A DNA stretch of 64,000 nucleotides from Macrostomum lignano (Eukaryota), in assembly GCA_002269645.1 (NCBI GenBank), contig NIVC01000797.1, positions 372,001-436,000 of the forward strand, given 5' to 3'. Shown here piece after piece: positions 36,831 to 49,562 of this stretch. Numbering within the stretch: the stretch's first letter is position 1; each line of letters opens with the position of its first letter. The translations under genes were made by a program, and so were the position numbers. The notes under the pieces are model-generated. The model searched no databases, had not been told where the DNA came from, and saw only the letters and a list, made by a program, of their open reading frames with translations.

Positions 36831-36840
36831 CCAACCGCAG

Positions 36841-37059
36841 CTCGCAGCAGAATACCAGCTGCGTTTCCTAGAAACCTCGGCCAAGTCCGGTTCGAACGTG
36901 GAGGAGGCGTTCTTCCTGCTAGCCAAGGGCATCAAAGCCAAACTGGACGGGAAGCGATCAGCGCCAGGCGCGTCCAGTGGCGCCGCCTCGTCAGAGCAGC
37001 GCGGCGGCAAACAGCGCCAACGAGAGAGCGGCAAGAAGTTTCGGTGCGAAATTTTATAA
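36841..37059 (+). CDS. Rab8: Rab8 exon 4 (ETSAK motif, C-terminal CaaX CEIL, stop)
   Basis: CGCAG|CTC; LAAEYQLRFLETSAKSGSNVEEAFF..KKFRCEIL*. Total CDS 633 nt. Confidence 0.93.
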   Translation, partial: LAAEYQLRFLETSAKSGSNVEEAFFLLAKGIKAKLDGKRSAPGASSGAASSEQRGGKQRQRESGKKFRCEIL

Positions 37060-37528
37060 ATTTTTGCTTTCTGCCTGTTGCCGTGACAACCGGCTGAAAG
37101 TAAATCTAACCAGTTTTATTATCATATTTGCATTTGTTGCTACGCTGCGTTGCTTAATTATCAATTAATACTTGAGACTGTTTTGAATGGCTCGCTATCT
37201 AACCTCAATAAATTATATTTTTTCCAAGCTGGTTGAGAAAAAGTTTTTTACTACTTTATAAAATTATTTCATCATTCGTATTTGGCTACTTTTTGTCAGT
37301 AGCGTTTTGTGATCAAAGTTTGTTATGTGAATTTTTTATCTTTTATTGATTTCATTTTCGTTGGCTATGAAAGCTTGAGATGATATCTTAGTCGTTTGCG
37401 ATTTTTATTGTTGATATATTCGATTATTTTTGTATAGAAAGCTTTTATGCTTCTCAAACTTTACTTGAGGTATTTTGGTCGCTGAAGCACCGCTGTCACC
37501 TGCCCACATCCTCCCTCAGTTACTAAGC

Positions 37529-37925
37529 CAGCCTCCCAGATCCCCACTTGCTGGGCCAGCCTCCCAGATTCTCAGTTGCTGGGCCAGCCTCCCAGATCCT
37601 CAGTTGCTGGGCCAGCCTCCCAGATCCTCAGTTGCTGGGCCAGCCTCCCAGATCCTCACTTGCTGGGCCAGCCTCCCAGATCCTCACTTGCTGGGCCAGC
37701 CTCCCAGATCCTCACTTGCTGGGCCAGCCTCCCAGATCCTCAGTTGCTGGGCCAGCCTCCCAGATCCTCACTTGCTGGGCCAGCCTCCCAGATCCTCAGT
37801 TGCTGGGCCAGCCTCCCAGATCCTCAATTGCTGGGCCAGCCTCCCAGATCCTCACTTGCTGGGCCAGCCTCCCAGATCCTCACTTGCTGGGCCAGCCTCC
37901 CAGATCCTCACTTGCTGGGCCAGCC
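37529..37925. repeat. 28-bp minisatellite (GCTGGGCCAGCCTCCCAGATCCTCA(C/G)TT), about 14 copies
   Basis: Direct inspection. Confidence 0.95.
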
Positions 37926-38454
37926 TCTAAATATGTGACCTAGTGTTTCACCCACTTTCGTTATGTTAAGTCGTTTAGCTGAACAGTAATTGAACTCACT
38001 AGTGGGTTGAAGTGCTATTGATTATTCTAAACTTCAGCAGTATTTCTGTAGTAAAAAGAATATTTTAACAATAAGTCAACTGCATCTCTTGACGTACGTC
38101 TTAAGCGTACTACAGATTCAATTTCTGTCGTAATTTATGGTTGCTTTATATTTTTATACAATCATTGTATCTTTGTTAAGATTATAGATCCTTAGTCAAT
38201 ATATTCTCCTATTCGCTAATTATTCTTTATAGGTATTCCAGTTTTATAACAGAGAAAGTTATAGAGTGTCGTAATCTGTCGTGACTCGTAATCTAATATT
38301 TGTAATCTTGTCCTTTTTTAAATGCAATAAATTAGCCATGTAAATCGGATCATTTATATTTCTAATTTTGTCGAAAAAATTACTGCTTGAAGTTTTTTTG
38401 TTGGATATAGGTTTCTTGTTTAAGTTCAAATGGAGATAGCCATTTAGCGTGAAG

Positions 38455-39175
38455 TCCGATGTACATTCAGGAGAGAGATACTATAGTGGGTGCGGGATTG
38501 GGTCCGATGTACATTCAGAATAGAGATACTATAGTGGGTGCGGGATTGGGTCCGATGTACATTCAGGTGAGAGAGACTATAGTGTGTGTGGGATTGGGTC
38601 CGATGTACATTCAGAATAGAGACTATAGTGTGTGTGGGATATGGTCCGATCTACATTCAGAATAGAGACTATAGTGTGTGTGGGATATGGTCCGATGTAC
38701 ATTCAGAATAGAGACATAGTGGGTGTGGGATATGGTCCGATGTACATTCAGAATAGAGACTATAGTGTGTGTGGGATATGGTCCGATGTACATTCAGAAT
38801 AGAGACAGTGGGTGTGGGATATGGTCCGATGTACATTCAGAATAGAGACTATAGTGTGTGTGGGATATGGTCCGATGTACATTCAGAATAGAGACTATAG
38901 TGTGTGTGGGATATGGTCCGATGTACATTCAGAATAGAGACATAGTGGGTGTGGGATATGGTCCGATGTACATTCAGAATAGAGACATAGTGGGTGTGGG
39001 ATATGGTCCGATGTACATTCAGAATAGAGAGACTATAGTGTGTGGGATTGGGTCCGATGTACATTCAGAATAGAGACTATAGTGGGTGTGGGCGTCGGAT
39101 GTGTCCGATGTACTCGTACATTCAGGAGGGAGACTATAGTGGATGTGGGATAGGGTCCAATGTACATTCAGAATA
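38455..39175. repeat. 43-48-bp minisatellite (GGTCCGATGTACATTCAGAATAGAGACTATAGTGTGTGTGGGATAT), about 15 copies
   Basis: Direct inspection. Confidence 0.94.
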
Positions 39176-39644
39176 TGCCTGCCATTTGAAACAAAAATCA
39201 ATAAACAGAGCTCAATGTTGGACACTGTTCATAATGCTGCGAACAAAAGCGATCGCATAATGGTTGGGCAAAAAAGGTGCGTAGCACGGTATTTAAAATA
39301 AATACAGCATGTATTTTTTATTTTTCGCTAGGCTCACAGTTTTATATATAATTGAAAGTGTAAATATGGCATTCAAATTACTTGTGCTAAGAAAAAGGTC
39401 GGCAAATGTAGAACGCTATAAAATAGTGGTCACAGCAAAAGAGAAAAAAAGTTACTTGGACGATTTGTTTTTGTGTGCAGATAATTTGGTTTACTTTGCT
39501 AAGAGGCTTAAGACAGTTACTGACTGGACAAAAAAATAGCAAATCACTTTGCACTACATTAAAAATTATAAGTTCACTACACTGCTCCCACTTTCTTTGA
39601 CGCTTAGACACAAACAAATTTGATGCTTAAATCTTAATACGTTT

Positions 39645-39870
39645 GACGCTTAGACCTTGACACGTCTGACGCTTAGACCTTGACACGTCTGACGCTTAGA
39701 CCTTGACACGTCTGACGCTTAGACCTTGACACGTCTGACGCTTAGACCTTGACACGTCTGACGCTTAGACCTTGACACATCTGACGCTTAGACCTTGACA
39801 CGTCTGACGCTTAGACCTTGACACGTCTGTCGCTTAGTCTTCACCACATCTGACGCTTAGTCTTCACCAC
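39645..39870. repeat. 23-bp minisatellite (GACGCTTAGACCTTGACACGTCT), about 9 copies
   Basis: Direct inspection. Confidence 0.93.
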
Positions 39871-40156
39871 ATTAGATGATTAGGTCCCAAGCACATCTGA
39901 CACTCGTACAACAACAAAATTCTGGGATTATAATACAGCACATCAGTAATACTGATCCAAAAAAAGCAATGACAAAAATCGCTTCAATGTGCAGCAGGCT
40001 TTCTGTGTTCAAAAAAGTTAACATCGATCGATGCAGAACGCAAAGTTAATAACATTGTTTTTAAATCTGCTGTTTTTAGTCCTGATTTTTTATTCTTCTG
40101 AAAAAGCTTCACGAATTAATTTATGCTAACAAAAGTATCGTTTCAAAAGCATCTAC

Positions 40157-40439
40157 TTAGTCATCAGGATCATATTCGTCTTCGTCTTGAAAATCTTCAT
40201 CTCTTAATGGGATTTCGTCTTCGAATTTTGCTGCTCCTTGAGGTTGCTGTTCTTGTTGCTGTTGTTGTTGTTGTTGTTGCTGTTGGTGTTGTTGCTGTTG
40301 GTGTTGTTGCCAAGTCTGCCTGTGAATTCTAGCATGCCTAGTGATCATGTCTCTCCTGCAGGCCGTATAGGAGCACAGCTGGCATCTGTACGGCTTTTCT
40401 CCAGTATGTGTTCGCAGATGCGTGTTCAGATGATCGGAC
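40157..40439 (-). CDS. klu: klumpfuss-like C2H2 zinc-finger factor, exon 4 (last)
   Basis: CGCAG|G; [39 protein letters not shown] (the [10 protein letters not shown] finger is klu-type); poly-Q and acidic tail; stop. Confidence 0.88.
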
Positions 40440-40480
40440 CTGCGATGTCAAATATTTTTAGCCAAATTTGCTTGAAACAC

Positions 40481-40494
40481 GTTAGTTAGTTGGC

Positions 40495-40530
<36 letters not shown>

Positions 40531-40610
40531 CAGTTAGTTAAATCAAAATGCGACCGTGCAAAGGAATCGAACCAGAGTACGAAATGCATTAACCGCAGGG
40601 CTAATCTGCC
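40481..40610 (-). mobile_element. Short tRNA-derived SINE-like head followed by a (CTAA)n tract
   Basis: Minus strand: TAGCCCTGCGG (40603-40593), perfect box B GGTTCGATTCC (40573-40563), then (CTAA)n at 40540-40481. Confidence 0.5.
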
Positions 40611-41798
40611 CCTTGCCACCTTGAAAAAGTAGTATCAACTGTATTGGTATCGAATTTATATAAGCAGTCAATTTTTTGGCAACTACGAGCTAAAACCAAC
40701 TCAGCAGGCGGAACCATTTGTTAGAAAAACACACAGCAGCTTACCAACTCTGACACCGAAATGTCACGCTTACTGACACTGATGCCTCCAACGTGCTAGC
40801 TTCTAGCTTAGAGCCGGAGTCTGGGCTCAGACTACTGAATCGTCAGTCAGGAAAGACAGGGATGGGATGAGCAGAATTCCTTCCCTTGGGGGAGTTAGCA
40901 GTCCATAATTCTGGCAGTCGTTCTCTCCTCCCATCAGGTCTCTCTGGGACTGACTGGGGCTGCGGCTAAGCCATGAGTGCACTGTATAGGAGGCTCCAAA
41001 GCTTTCAAACCCCTAGATTTCCTAGGCTATCAAGCTAAAGCCTGGCGCACAGACCTCTGCGAAATTGTCTTTGAGCTGAGACAAAACGGGAACTATAGTA
41101 ATAAGTGCGCCTCGCGAGTTGGGAAATGGAGAACAGCTCGGAATATCGTCACAAATGGAAATTCGCGCATAGACAAACAGCTTTTTTTCTAGATATTGAA
41201 TTTCTATCAGCTTTGTACTTTTATAGTGCACAATTGTCTGCTTGAAAAGTGCATTCTATTGAAATGACAAGTCATTGTTCAGGGAAAGGCAAATGCACTT
41301 TTGTAACGTCACAAGGCTTGTAAAATCGAATCCCGATCTAAGAATAAATCTAACTTTGAATATTTTATGCACACCCCGCTCAAAACCTTTTATTCGGGCG
41401 GAAATTAAACATCTAAGCTTAATCCCTCTGTAATCTACCTGATGGATGGATTGAAAGCTGATTAAATCCGACCGACCCGATTCCTGCTATTCTCCTTGCA
41501 AGTCTATTAAAAGCATTCTTTTCAACTTTATACGTTGTTAGTTAACTTTAAATTTAGTATGGCCTCCTCTATTGATGACGATAATTGCAGTTATTATTAA
41601 TTCGTTCGCGAAATCGTCCATCAGGAAGTGCGTCTATCGATCTATATCTGAATTGCGTGTCTGCATCATCTACAAATGGCCAGGGAATTTCTTTGGGTAC
41701 TCCGTGTTAGGCCTGTAATAGTTCATTAAGCTTATTAAATGCATTGACTTGTATCGTGAATACAACCCACATTTTCGAGGGGGGGGGGTTGGGGGTTG

Positions 41799-41910
41799 TC
41801 GTGCAACTCACAGCCAAGAGGGCCAACCCCAAGGCGCGGAGAGTGTGCCTGCCCGACGATTAGAAAGTCAGGGTGGCTGTACCACCCTGCGTGAGCGGGT
41901 GCATGTGCTC
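41799..41910 (+). mobile_element. Diverged internal fragment of the 7991-8361 SINE family
   Basis: TCGTGCAA..GCCAACCCC..AAGGCGC..AAAGT.AGGG..GCTGTAC..GTGAG aligns with 8110-8222. Confidence 0.7.
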
Positions 41911-41934
41911 TGAGTTACTGAATCGATTGCTTAC

Positions 41935-42160
41935 CTTGAAAATGCCTGGTTGCACAGAGCGCACTCGTACGGCTTTGTCCCGGTGTGCACCCGCAGGTGC
42001 CTGTTGAGCATGTCGGACCTGTTGAAATACCTGGGACACAGGTGACAGGAAAACTGTCTGGATTCAGCCTGACTAACGCTGCAGCTGGCGGTTCCGCCAC
42101 TACTGCTGGTTGATTCTGTCAGCTGTTGAGTTTCCTTTGTCTCCGATGCAGATTGAGAGG
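41935..42160 (-). CDS. klu: klu-like exon 3 (first zinc fingers)
   Basis: TTTTCAG|CC; [40 protein letters not shown]; AG|GTAAGC. Confidence 0.88.
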
Positions 42161-42983
42161 CTGAAAAGTGTTTAGCAGAAGAATTGCTCACTTTGAGCTT
42201 GTTCTCTTCACATTTAAAGCTCAATTTAAAGTCTTGGCAAGAAGTTAGGTCCTTAGCTATAAGCGTAAGCTAATTTAGCCTAAGGATTTGTACCGAAATT
42301 TTAGTTGCTCAGCTTTCTGCTTAGTGTACTTTTTCTAGACCGATTAGTTTAACTCTACCAGCTTTGTTTCCAGCCAGAAGGAGGTCATAATTACAAAGAC
42401 AATAGCGGTAAAACGGCCTTAAAAATCCAATGATAATTATGGATGAGATGACGCGAGATGCTAGTGGAAAGACCTGGCATCAGGTGTTTCCTCAAAGCAC
42501 CCTTCAACTGTGGATTGAAGATAGACATACAGCGTAGGCCTGTAGCCTGTAATTGCTATTCCCCCTGTACCTCTCAGCTGTCACTCTGCTGTTCTGGAAC
42601 CCTTTGAGAATTTCCTAGGATCGAGGACGGGTAGGGTACTTTTATGATACAGGGTCTGCTCCGCTCTTATTGCGCACCGTTCTGCACTCTTCTCTTACAG
42701 AAGTGCCTTTTGACCGTTTCCACTTTTGAGGGTAACTCTATCGGACTCGAGTGATCGATGCTTCCTTGCTTTTCTTCTGCATTGAATCTCCAGGTTAACT
42801 ATAGGGAAAGTCGGGGTCCGACGCGGTGCTCTCACTGCTCCACTTTAATTTGTTTAATTGCGCAGGCATGCATTTACCAGATTAAATGTATGCATTATTG
42901 TCTTGGATCAAAGTAAGCCTATGACGCAAATTTGAGTTTCGAAGCTTATCGACTAATTGTACTTTTATAATCTGAAAGCTTAC

Positions 42984-43533
42984 TTTCTCTGCGACGTCGA
43001 ATCGGCTGCTCCATAGGTTCTTCCTTAACTGTTACAGATTGTGACTTCGTTTCATGCGGATGCGGATGTTGTTGATGCGGATGTTGTGAAAGATACGGGT
43101 GTTGTGGAGGATGCGGATGTTGTGAAGGGAGTGGATGTTGTGACAGATGCGGATGTTGTGGAGGATGCTCATGTTGTGGAGGATGCGGATGTTGTGACGG
43201 ATGCGGATGTTGTGGAGGATGCGGATGTTGTGGAGGATGTGGATGTTGTGGAGGATGCTCATGTTGTGAAGGATGCGGATGTTGTGACGGATGCGGATGT
43301 TGTGGAGGATGCGGATGTTGTGGAGGATGTGAAAGTTGTGGAGGATGCGGATATTGCGAATGAGGATGCTTTTGTGGGTGTGGATGCTGGGACGAATGTG
43401 GATGCGAACGTGGCGGCGGTGGCGGCGGTGGCGGCATCGGCGGAAACACAAAGTGCGGATTCGGGGCAACTGACGTTCTCGGCTCGCTCAGGCATCGGGC
43501 AGTCCGGCTCCCAGATGAGGATTCCCGCATGGG
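42984..43533 (-). CDS. klu: klu-like exon 2 (Pro/His/Gln repeat)
   Basis: TTTCAG|CCC; donor GAAA|GTAAGC (phase 1) fits exon 3. Confidence 0.78.
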
Positions 43534-43630
43534 CTGAAACCGATTTATTGAATTTTGCAATCTGCGATTGTCAACTTATGAACTTATTTTGGATTGAATA
43601 GGACAAATTGTTCAATTGCCCGCAGTTCAC

Positions 43631-44995
43631 CTGACGCATGAGCGTTGCAGACCTTGGCTCACATCTCGAACTAGACGACCTAGAACCTGCTGCAGCGGCA
43701 GCGGTAGCAGCGGCGGCTGCAGCAGCGGCGGCCACCCCGTGCGTAGCGGCTAGCGGGCTGACGGCCGAAAGCCCCAGCAGACGGTGCTGGTGAAAGGCGG
43801 CGGCACTCCACGGACTCTGTGGGCTGAAATAGCCGGACGACTGACTGTAAGGCGTCATCGGCGAGAAAGGCGACGACATCGGATCGCTCTCCATGTCTAT
43901 CGACATCCATCCTGAGCTAGATGAGGCGCTTCCGTGACGCGTAGCCTGTGAGAAGCTGCCTCCCCGACCACCGGCGCATCGGGAGCGGGTGAGCAGCTCG
44001 GCCAGGATGTCCTGCTGATGAGTCATCACTTGCTGCTGTCGAGAAGGCGATGGCGTTGGCAAAGATGTCGCTGGAGCTGACAGCTGATGAAGTTGGGACG
44101 GCGTCAATTCAGGGACCGTCAGGAAGGCCTGAGACTGCATCACTCTGCTCGAAGCTGCCGCGACAGATGCCCCGGCTAGTGGAATCCCACTCGAGGTCGG
44201 AGCTAGTGGACTGCTGCTGCAACTCTGCGCTTCCTCGTGCCACTGTCCGAAGTCTTCTCCACTATCCGAGGGCGACTTATCACGAAATTGTCGAAAACAC
44301 GGCGCAGCAAAGGATGCTCCCGTGCTTGTAGACTGCTGCTGTTGCTGCTGCTTCTGCTGCTCTTGATCCTGCTGCATATAGCGGTCTCGAAGCATCTTTT
44401 TAAAGCCCACGGCGCCACCTGGTGATGGTTCAGCCTCGGCCGGAGCTGCCGCTGCCCCGGCCGGCACAACGCTGGCTGCAGAGTTTGACGACGAAGACCC
44501 CGACCCCGACGAGTTAGATGTCGGCGGGGTGCTCCTGCCGCTCTCCTTCGAGTCTCGACTTGCCGTGTTCCGGCGCATCCGCTTTCGATAGATCTCCGCC
44601 TTGGAGATGTTCTGCAGGATCCGGTTCAGCCGGCTGTGGTCGCCTTGGTCCTCCTCGGCTGAGGCGGGCAGCCGCGGCGCTTGCTGCTGCCCGGCGGACT
44701 CCGATACGACGCGCTGCCAGATGTTCGAGTCACTGCTGGGCAGGTCGCCTCCATCGCCACTGCCGACGCTGACGCCGCCACAAGCTGCGAGCGGTGACAC
44801 TGGCATGGACTTGCTGCTGGCTACGTCGTGAGCTATCCGAGTCGCTACCGCCAGCGCTGAAGGTGCCGGTCGCAGTTGCGGCTCGTTCGATTCGCACGGC
44901 CGCTTTTGACCGGCTCTGGGAAACGCCTCAGACAGTTCTGGCAGCTCTGCCGCCTCGTCTGGCTTGTGCCTGGCCTGGCTGGGGCCTGGCTCCAT
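43631..44995 (-). CDS. klu: klu-like coding exon 1 (Ser/Ala/Gln-rich)
   Basis: 455 codons from ATG 44995; donor CAG|GTGAAC, then a 97-bp intron; joined CDS is 2424 nt in frame. An additional upstream exon is possible. Confidence 0.75.
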
Positions 44996-45977
44996 CTGAA
45001 ACGCACAGGCAGTCAGTTTTTCAGGGGATTACATGTAGCGGATGTCCCAGAAAAAGGATAAATTTTTAGCGCCAATTTTTAGAGCAGTTTAGCACGTGAC
45101 CCTGCAGTTCTACAGTAAACATCCGCGTCAACCATTGAAGAAGGGACTTAGAGAAGGAACAGGCCTAATGCTGTCAACTGTTTGCGAGTTTTTCTTTGTT
45201 ACAAACTATACGACCGTATTTGCTAGTAAAGTCTATAAATCTTACCGATTTTACCGAGATTTTACCGAGTTTTGGCCAGATAGAATAGAATTGCTACAAT
45301 GATCCACTTGGCTCGAATGCTAAAATCACATTTAGGTTATTTTTGGAACAGATCTCTTAGCCGTCTTTAAAAAAACAAATTGTTTTGACACTCCCGTCCA
45401 TCCCGTTCCAACCAACGATTCATCATTAGGTGGTTCCTGTTTTCTTTTCTTGGCTTCTGACAAGCACTGCTGCTGAGTGTTCTCACGCACTGCCAGGCTA
45501 CCTGGCAAACAGGGTTGAGGCTAAAGACAAATGGAAAGATTGGCAAGACAACCAAACACTTTCTTTGAGCCATCCAGAATTGGGGAGGGACGGGCTGGGA
45601 TGAAAGCAAATGGCGAGATAGAGATGGGGCGAGTGCATCTGTTGGGAGCAGAGATGCCTGCGTAGTGAAATTGATTTCAATAGTTACTCTTCACCCCTGC
45701 CGCTGGGAATGCGACACAAAGAGCTCTCGCTCCTGCCTGCACGACTCCGCCTTGTCGACCTTGCGGTTTTGAGGGCAAGTCTATCTGCTCCTGAGCTGCG
45801 GGAAGCGAGGAAATTCAAGCAGACTCAAGGGACCTCCTCTTAGCCCCCGATTCTCGCGACCCCCCAGAGCCTGTCTTTATCTGCATTCCATCTGTTCCAT
45901 TCAGCGTTGAAAGCTCGTAAGTGCTTCGTGCACTTATTTATTATTAAGGCCTTGCATTTCCAAGCCAGCTACGAGCG

Positions 45978-46437
<460 letters not shown>

Positions 46438-46849
46438 TGTAATTTTAATTTCAAAGTCCATATTTTTCATTAACTTCAAGAATTGCTAGAAAATCGTTTA
46501 AAATCTTTCTAATTGGTTTTCCATGTCCCAAATTATTGGAACTGCAGGCACTGTTAAGCCTAAACGAAGCGTGGGAAACTAAGTTGACTAAATACTAAAA
46601 ACGTGACATTGACAATTTAAGAGTTTTCGCTGACTGATGGAAATGTTTTTAGCAATCTGCACGATCGCTACACTTAGACAGAGTTCGTGCTCGGAATTGA
46701 TGGACTATGCAGGAAAGCGAATCTCTGAGTCCATAATAGCACAAGTGCAGGCTGTACTTCTATTTGATGACGGCTCAGCATTTAGCCCCGACTCATACTG
46801 TCGAGTGAGGTGAGGCGAGGCGAGATGAGGCGAGTGATAGAATAGTGAG

Positions 46850-47545
46850 AGCGAAGGAAAAAGAGGAGAGGGAGAAGGGAATGAGAAGGGAGGGAGAAGG
46901 GAGGAAGGGAGGGAGAAAGGAGGGAGAAGGGAAAGAGAAGGGAAAGAGAAGGTAGGGAGAAGGGAAAGAGAAGGGAAAGAGAAGGTAGGGAGAAGGGAAA
47001 GAGAAGGGAGGGAGAAGGGAGGGAGAAGGGAGGGAGAAGGTAGGGTAGAAGGGAGGGAAAGAGTGGGAGAAGGGAGGGAGAAGGGAGGGAGAAGGGAGAG
47101 AGAAGGGAGAGAGAAGGGAAAGAGAAGGGAAAGAGAAGGTAGGGAGAAGGGAAAGAGAAGGGAGGGAGAAGGGAGGAAGAGGGAGGGGAGAAGGGAGGAA
47201 GAAGGGAGGGAGAAGGGAGGGAGAAGGTAGGGGAGAAGGGAGGGAAAGAGTGGGAGAAGGGAGGGAGAAGGGAGGGAGAAGGGAGAGAGAAGGGAGGGAG
47301 AAGGGAGGGAGAAGGGAAAGAGAAGTGAGGGAGAAGGGAGGAAGAAGGGAGGGGAGAAGGAAGGTAGAAGAGAGGGAGAAGGGACGGGAGAAGGGAGGAA
47401 AAAGAGAGGGAGAAGGGAGGAAGAAGGGAGGCAGAAGGGAAGGAGAAGGTAGGGGAGAAGGGAGGGAGAAGAGAGGGAGAAGGGACGGGAGAAGGGAGGG
47501 AGAAGGTAGGGGAGAAGGGAGGGAAAGAGTGGGAGAAGGGAGACG
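46850..47545. repeat. Polypurine tract (GGGAGAAGGGAG-type)
   Basis: About 700 bp almost exclusively A/G on the + strand. Confidence 0.92.
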
Positions 47546-48009
47546 GCAGGAAGCTTCAATGCCAGAGGTATGCCTTGGTCTTATAACAGCAGATCAAGCT
47601 AAAGTAAAAAGCAAAAGAGAGCTGCCGCAGAATAGATATGACAAATTATAATAATCTAAAACAAGACGTGCAGGCAGTGTGGTCGCACCCGAGCAGGACT
47701 GCAGTCACTAATCGGGGTCAGAATTTCACGACTTTGGCGAACTATTATTAGTGGTACAAGCCATGCATGCGCTCATGAGCACACAGAGCTGTGTAATTCT
47801 GCAACAGGGCAACCGGTTCAACAACGGCTTTTATAATAGGAATTCACTGACTGCACTCTCCCCCGTTCTCTTCAGCATTTTTGATTGAATATGCTCTAAA
47901 ATTTTTCGTTCCTTTAACGGCGTTCTTTACTGAAGGCAAAAATTGCAAATGCATGGCCGAGATAGAGGTAGAGGATTTACAATTGTGCAGTGAACTCGTC
48001 ACGTGCCTA

Positions 48010-48350
48010 AAGACTGGCATAAGCGCGCACTGGCATAAGCACGCACTGAAAATAAGCGCGCACTAGCAAAAGCGCGCACTGGCGTAAGCGCGCACTGGCA
48101 CAAGCGCGCACTGACAATAAGCGCGCACTGACATAAACGCGCATTGGCATAAGCGCGCACTAGCATAAGCGCGCACTGGCACAAGCGCAAACTGGCACAA
48201 GCGCGCACTGGCATAAGCGCGCACTGGCATAAGCGCGCACTGGCATAAACACGCACTGGCACAAGCGCGCAATGAAATGTGTGTACTGACATAAGCGCGC
48301 ACTGGCATAAGCGCGCACTGACAATAAGCGCACACTGGCACAAGCGCGCA
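48010..48350. repeat. 16-bp minisatellite (GCGCGCACTGGCATAA), about 21 copies
   Basis: Direct inspection. Confidence 0.93.
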
Positions 48351-48982
48351 GATGAATGGCAGCAGCTAAGGCTACGCGGTGTCAATCGCCCCAGAACTGT
48401 CAATTAATACTTGTATTCAAAAGTGCAAACAGATCTCTGGAAGCGGGACTTACCAGTATTGGGTACTATTAAAGTTGAGTTGACAAAAGATATTCGAATT
48501 CAAGGCCTCAGATCATGCCTTACTTGCTGTGGTGATCGGGTCAGTCACTGCTTGCCAAGCCCGGGGAAGCTCAGGCATTGGGGATCGCCCTATTTATGCT
48601 GAGTAGGATCTGGGTACTCGGAGCCGCGCGCCCTTCAGCTGTCTTGCAACCCCCCCCCCCTGCCATTGACTAACCAGAGCGCGCTTCCTCCGCCTTCTCA
48701 AGTAGCCCTGCCGTCATTCGCCACAACGGGAATAAGCCGGAGATAGAGATTAGACAGAGATAGGGGGCAGGGGGACTACACAGGGAGGCGCCGCTTAGCC
48801 TTTGACGCACTTTGCTGGCCTGGTTTGGATCCCGAAGGTGTCATTGCGTCTCTCGGAATTAGTCTCTTTATTTCAGTGATGACGCAACACCTGACGTGAC
48901 ACGACGCTGCAGTTGTTGCTGGGTGGATAAAGGGAATAAAGTTGGTTTAATAAAAGATTTTTGAGGCAACCACTGCCTGTAG

Positions 48983-49562
48983 GATTCACGGACATCAGGA
49001 TCATAGCATCTGGAATGGAAACTGCAATTCTCTATGATTCACGGATGTCAGGATCATAGCATCTGGAATGGAAACTGCAATTCTCTATGATTCACGGACA
49101 TCAGGATCATAGCATCTGGAATGGAAACTGCAATTCTCTATGATTCACGGACGTCAGGATCATAGCATCTGGAATGGAAACTACAATTCTCTATTATTCA
49201 CAGACGTCAGGATCATAGCATCTGGAATGGAAACTGCAATTCTCTATAATTCACGGATGCCAGGATCATAGAATCTGGAATGGAAACTGCAATTCTCTAT
49301 GATTCACGGACATCAGGATCATAGCATCTGGAATGGAAACTGCAATTCTCTATGATTCACGGACGTCAGGATCATAGCATCTGGAATGGAAACTGCAATT
49401 CTCTATTATTCACAGACGTCAGGATCATAGCATCTGGAATGGAAACTGCAATTCTCTATGATTCACGGATGCCAGGATCATAGAATCTGGAATGGAAACT
49501 GCAATTCTCTATGATTCACGGACATAAGGATCATAGCATCTGGAATGGAAACTGCAATTCTA
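48983..49562. repeat. 53-bp minisatellite (GATTCACGGACATCAGGATCATAGCATCTGGAATGGAAACTGCAATTCTCTAT), about 11 copies
   Basis: Period 53. Confidence 0.95.

Noticed and set aside
39367-39539. Short ORF MAFKLLVLRKRS..
   Set aside because: About 57 codons, no motif and no splice support.
43041-43601. Acidic + strand ORF (VVEDAD)n
   Set aside because: Antisense shadow of the klu His/Pro repeat exon, which has valid splice sites on the minus strand.
45493-45609. Possible upstream coding exon of klu ending CCAG|GTAGCC
   Set aside because: The phase would fit, but the peptide has no recognisable features; unsupported without cDNA.
48529-48972. Possible solo LTR (TG...CA, AATAAA)
   Set aside because: No TSD, no second copy and no PBS/PPT found.
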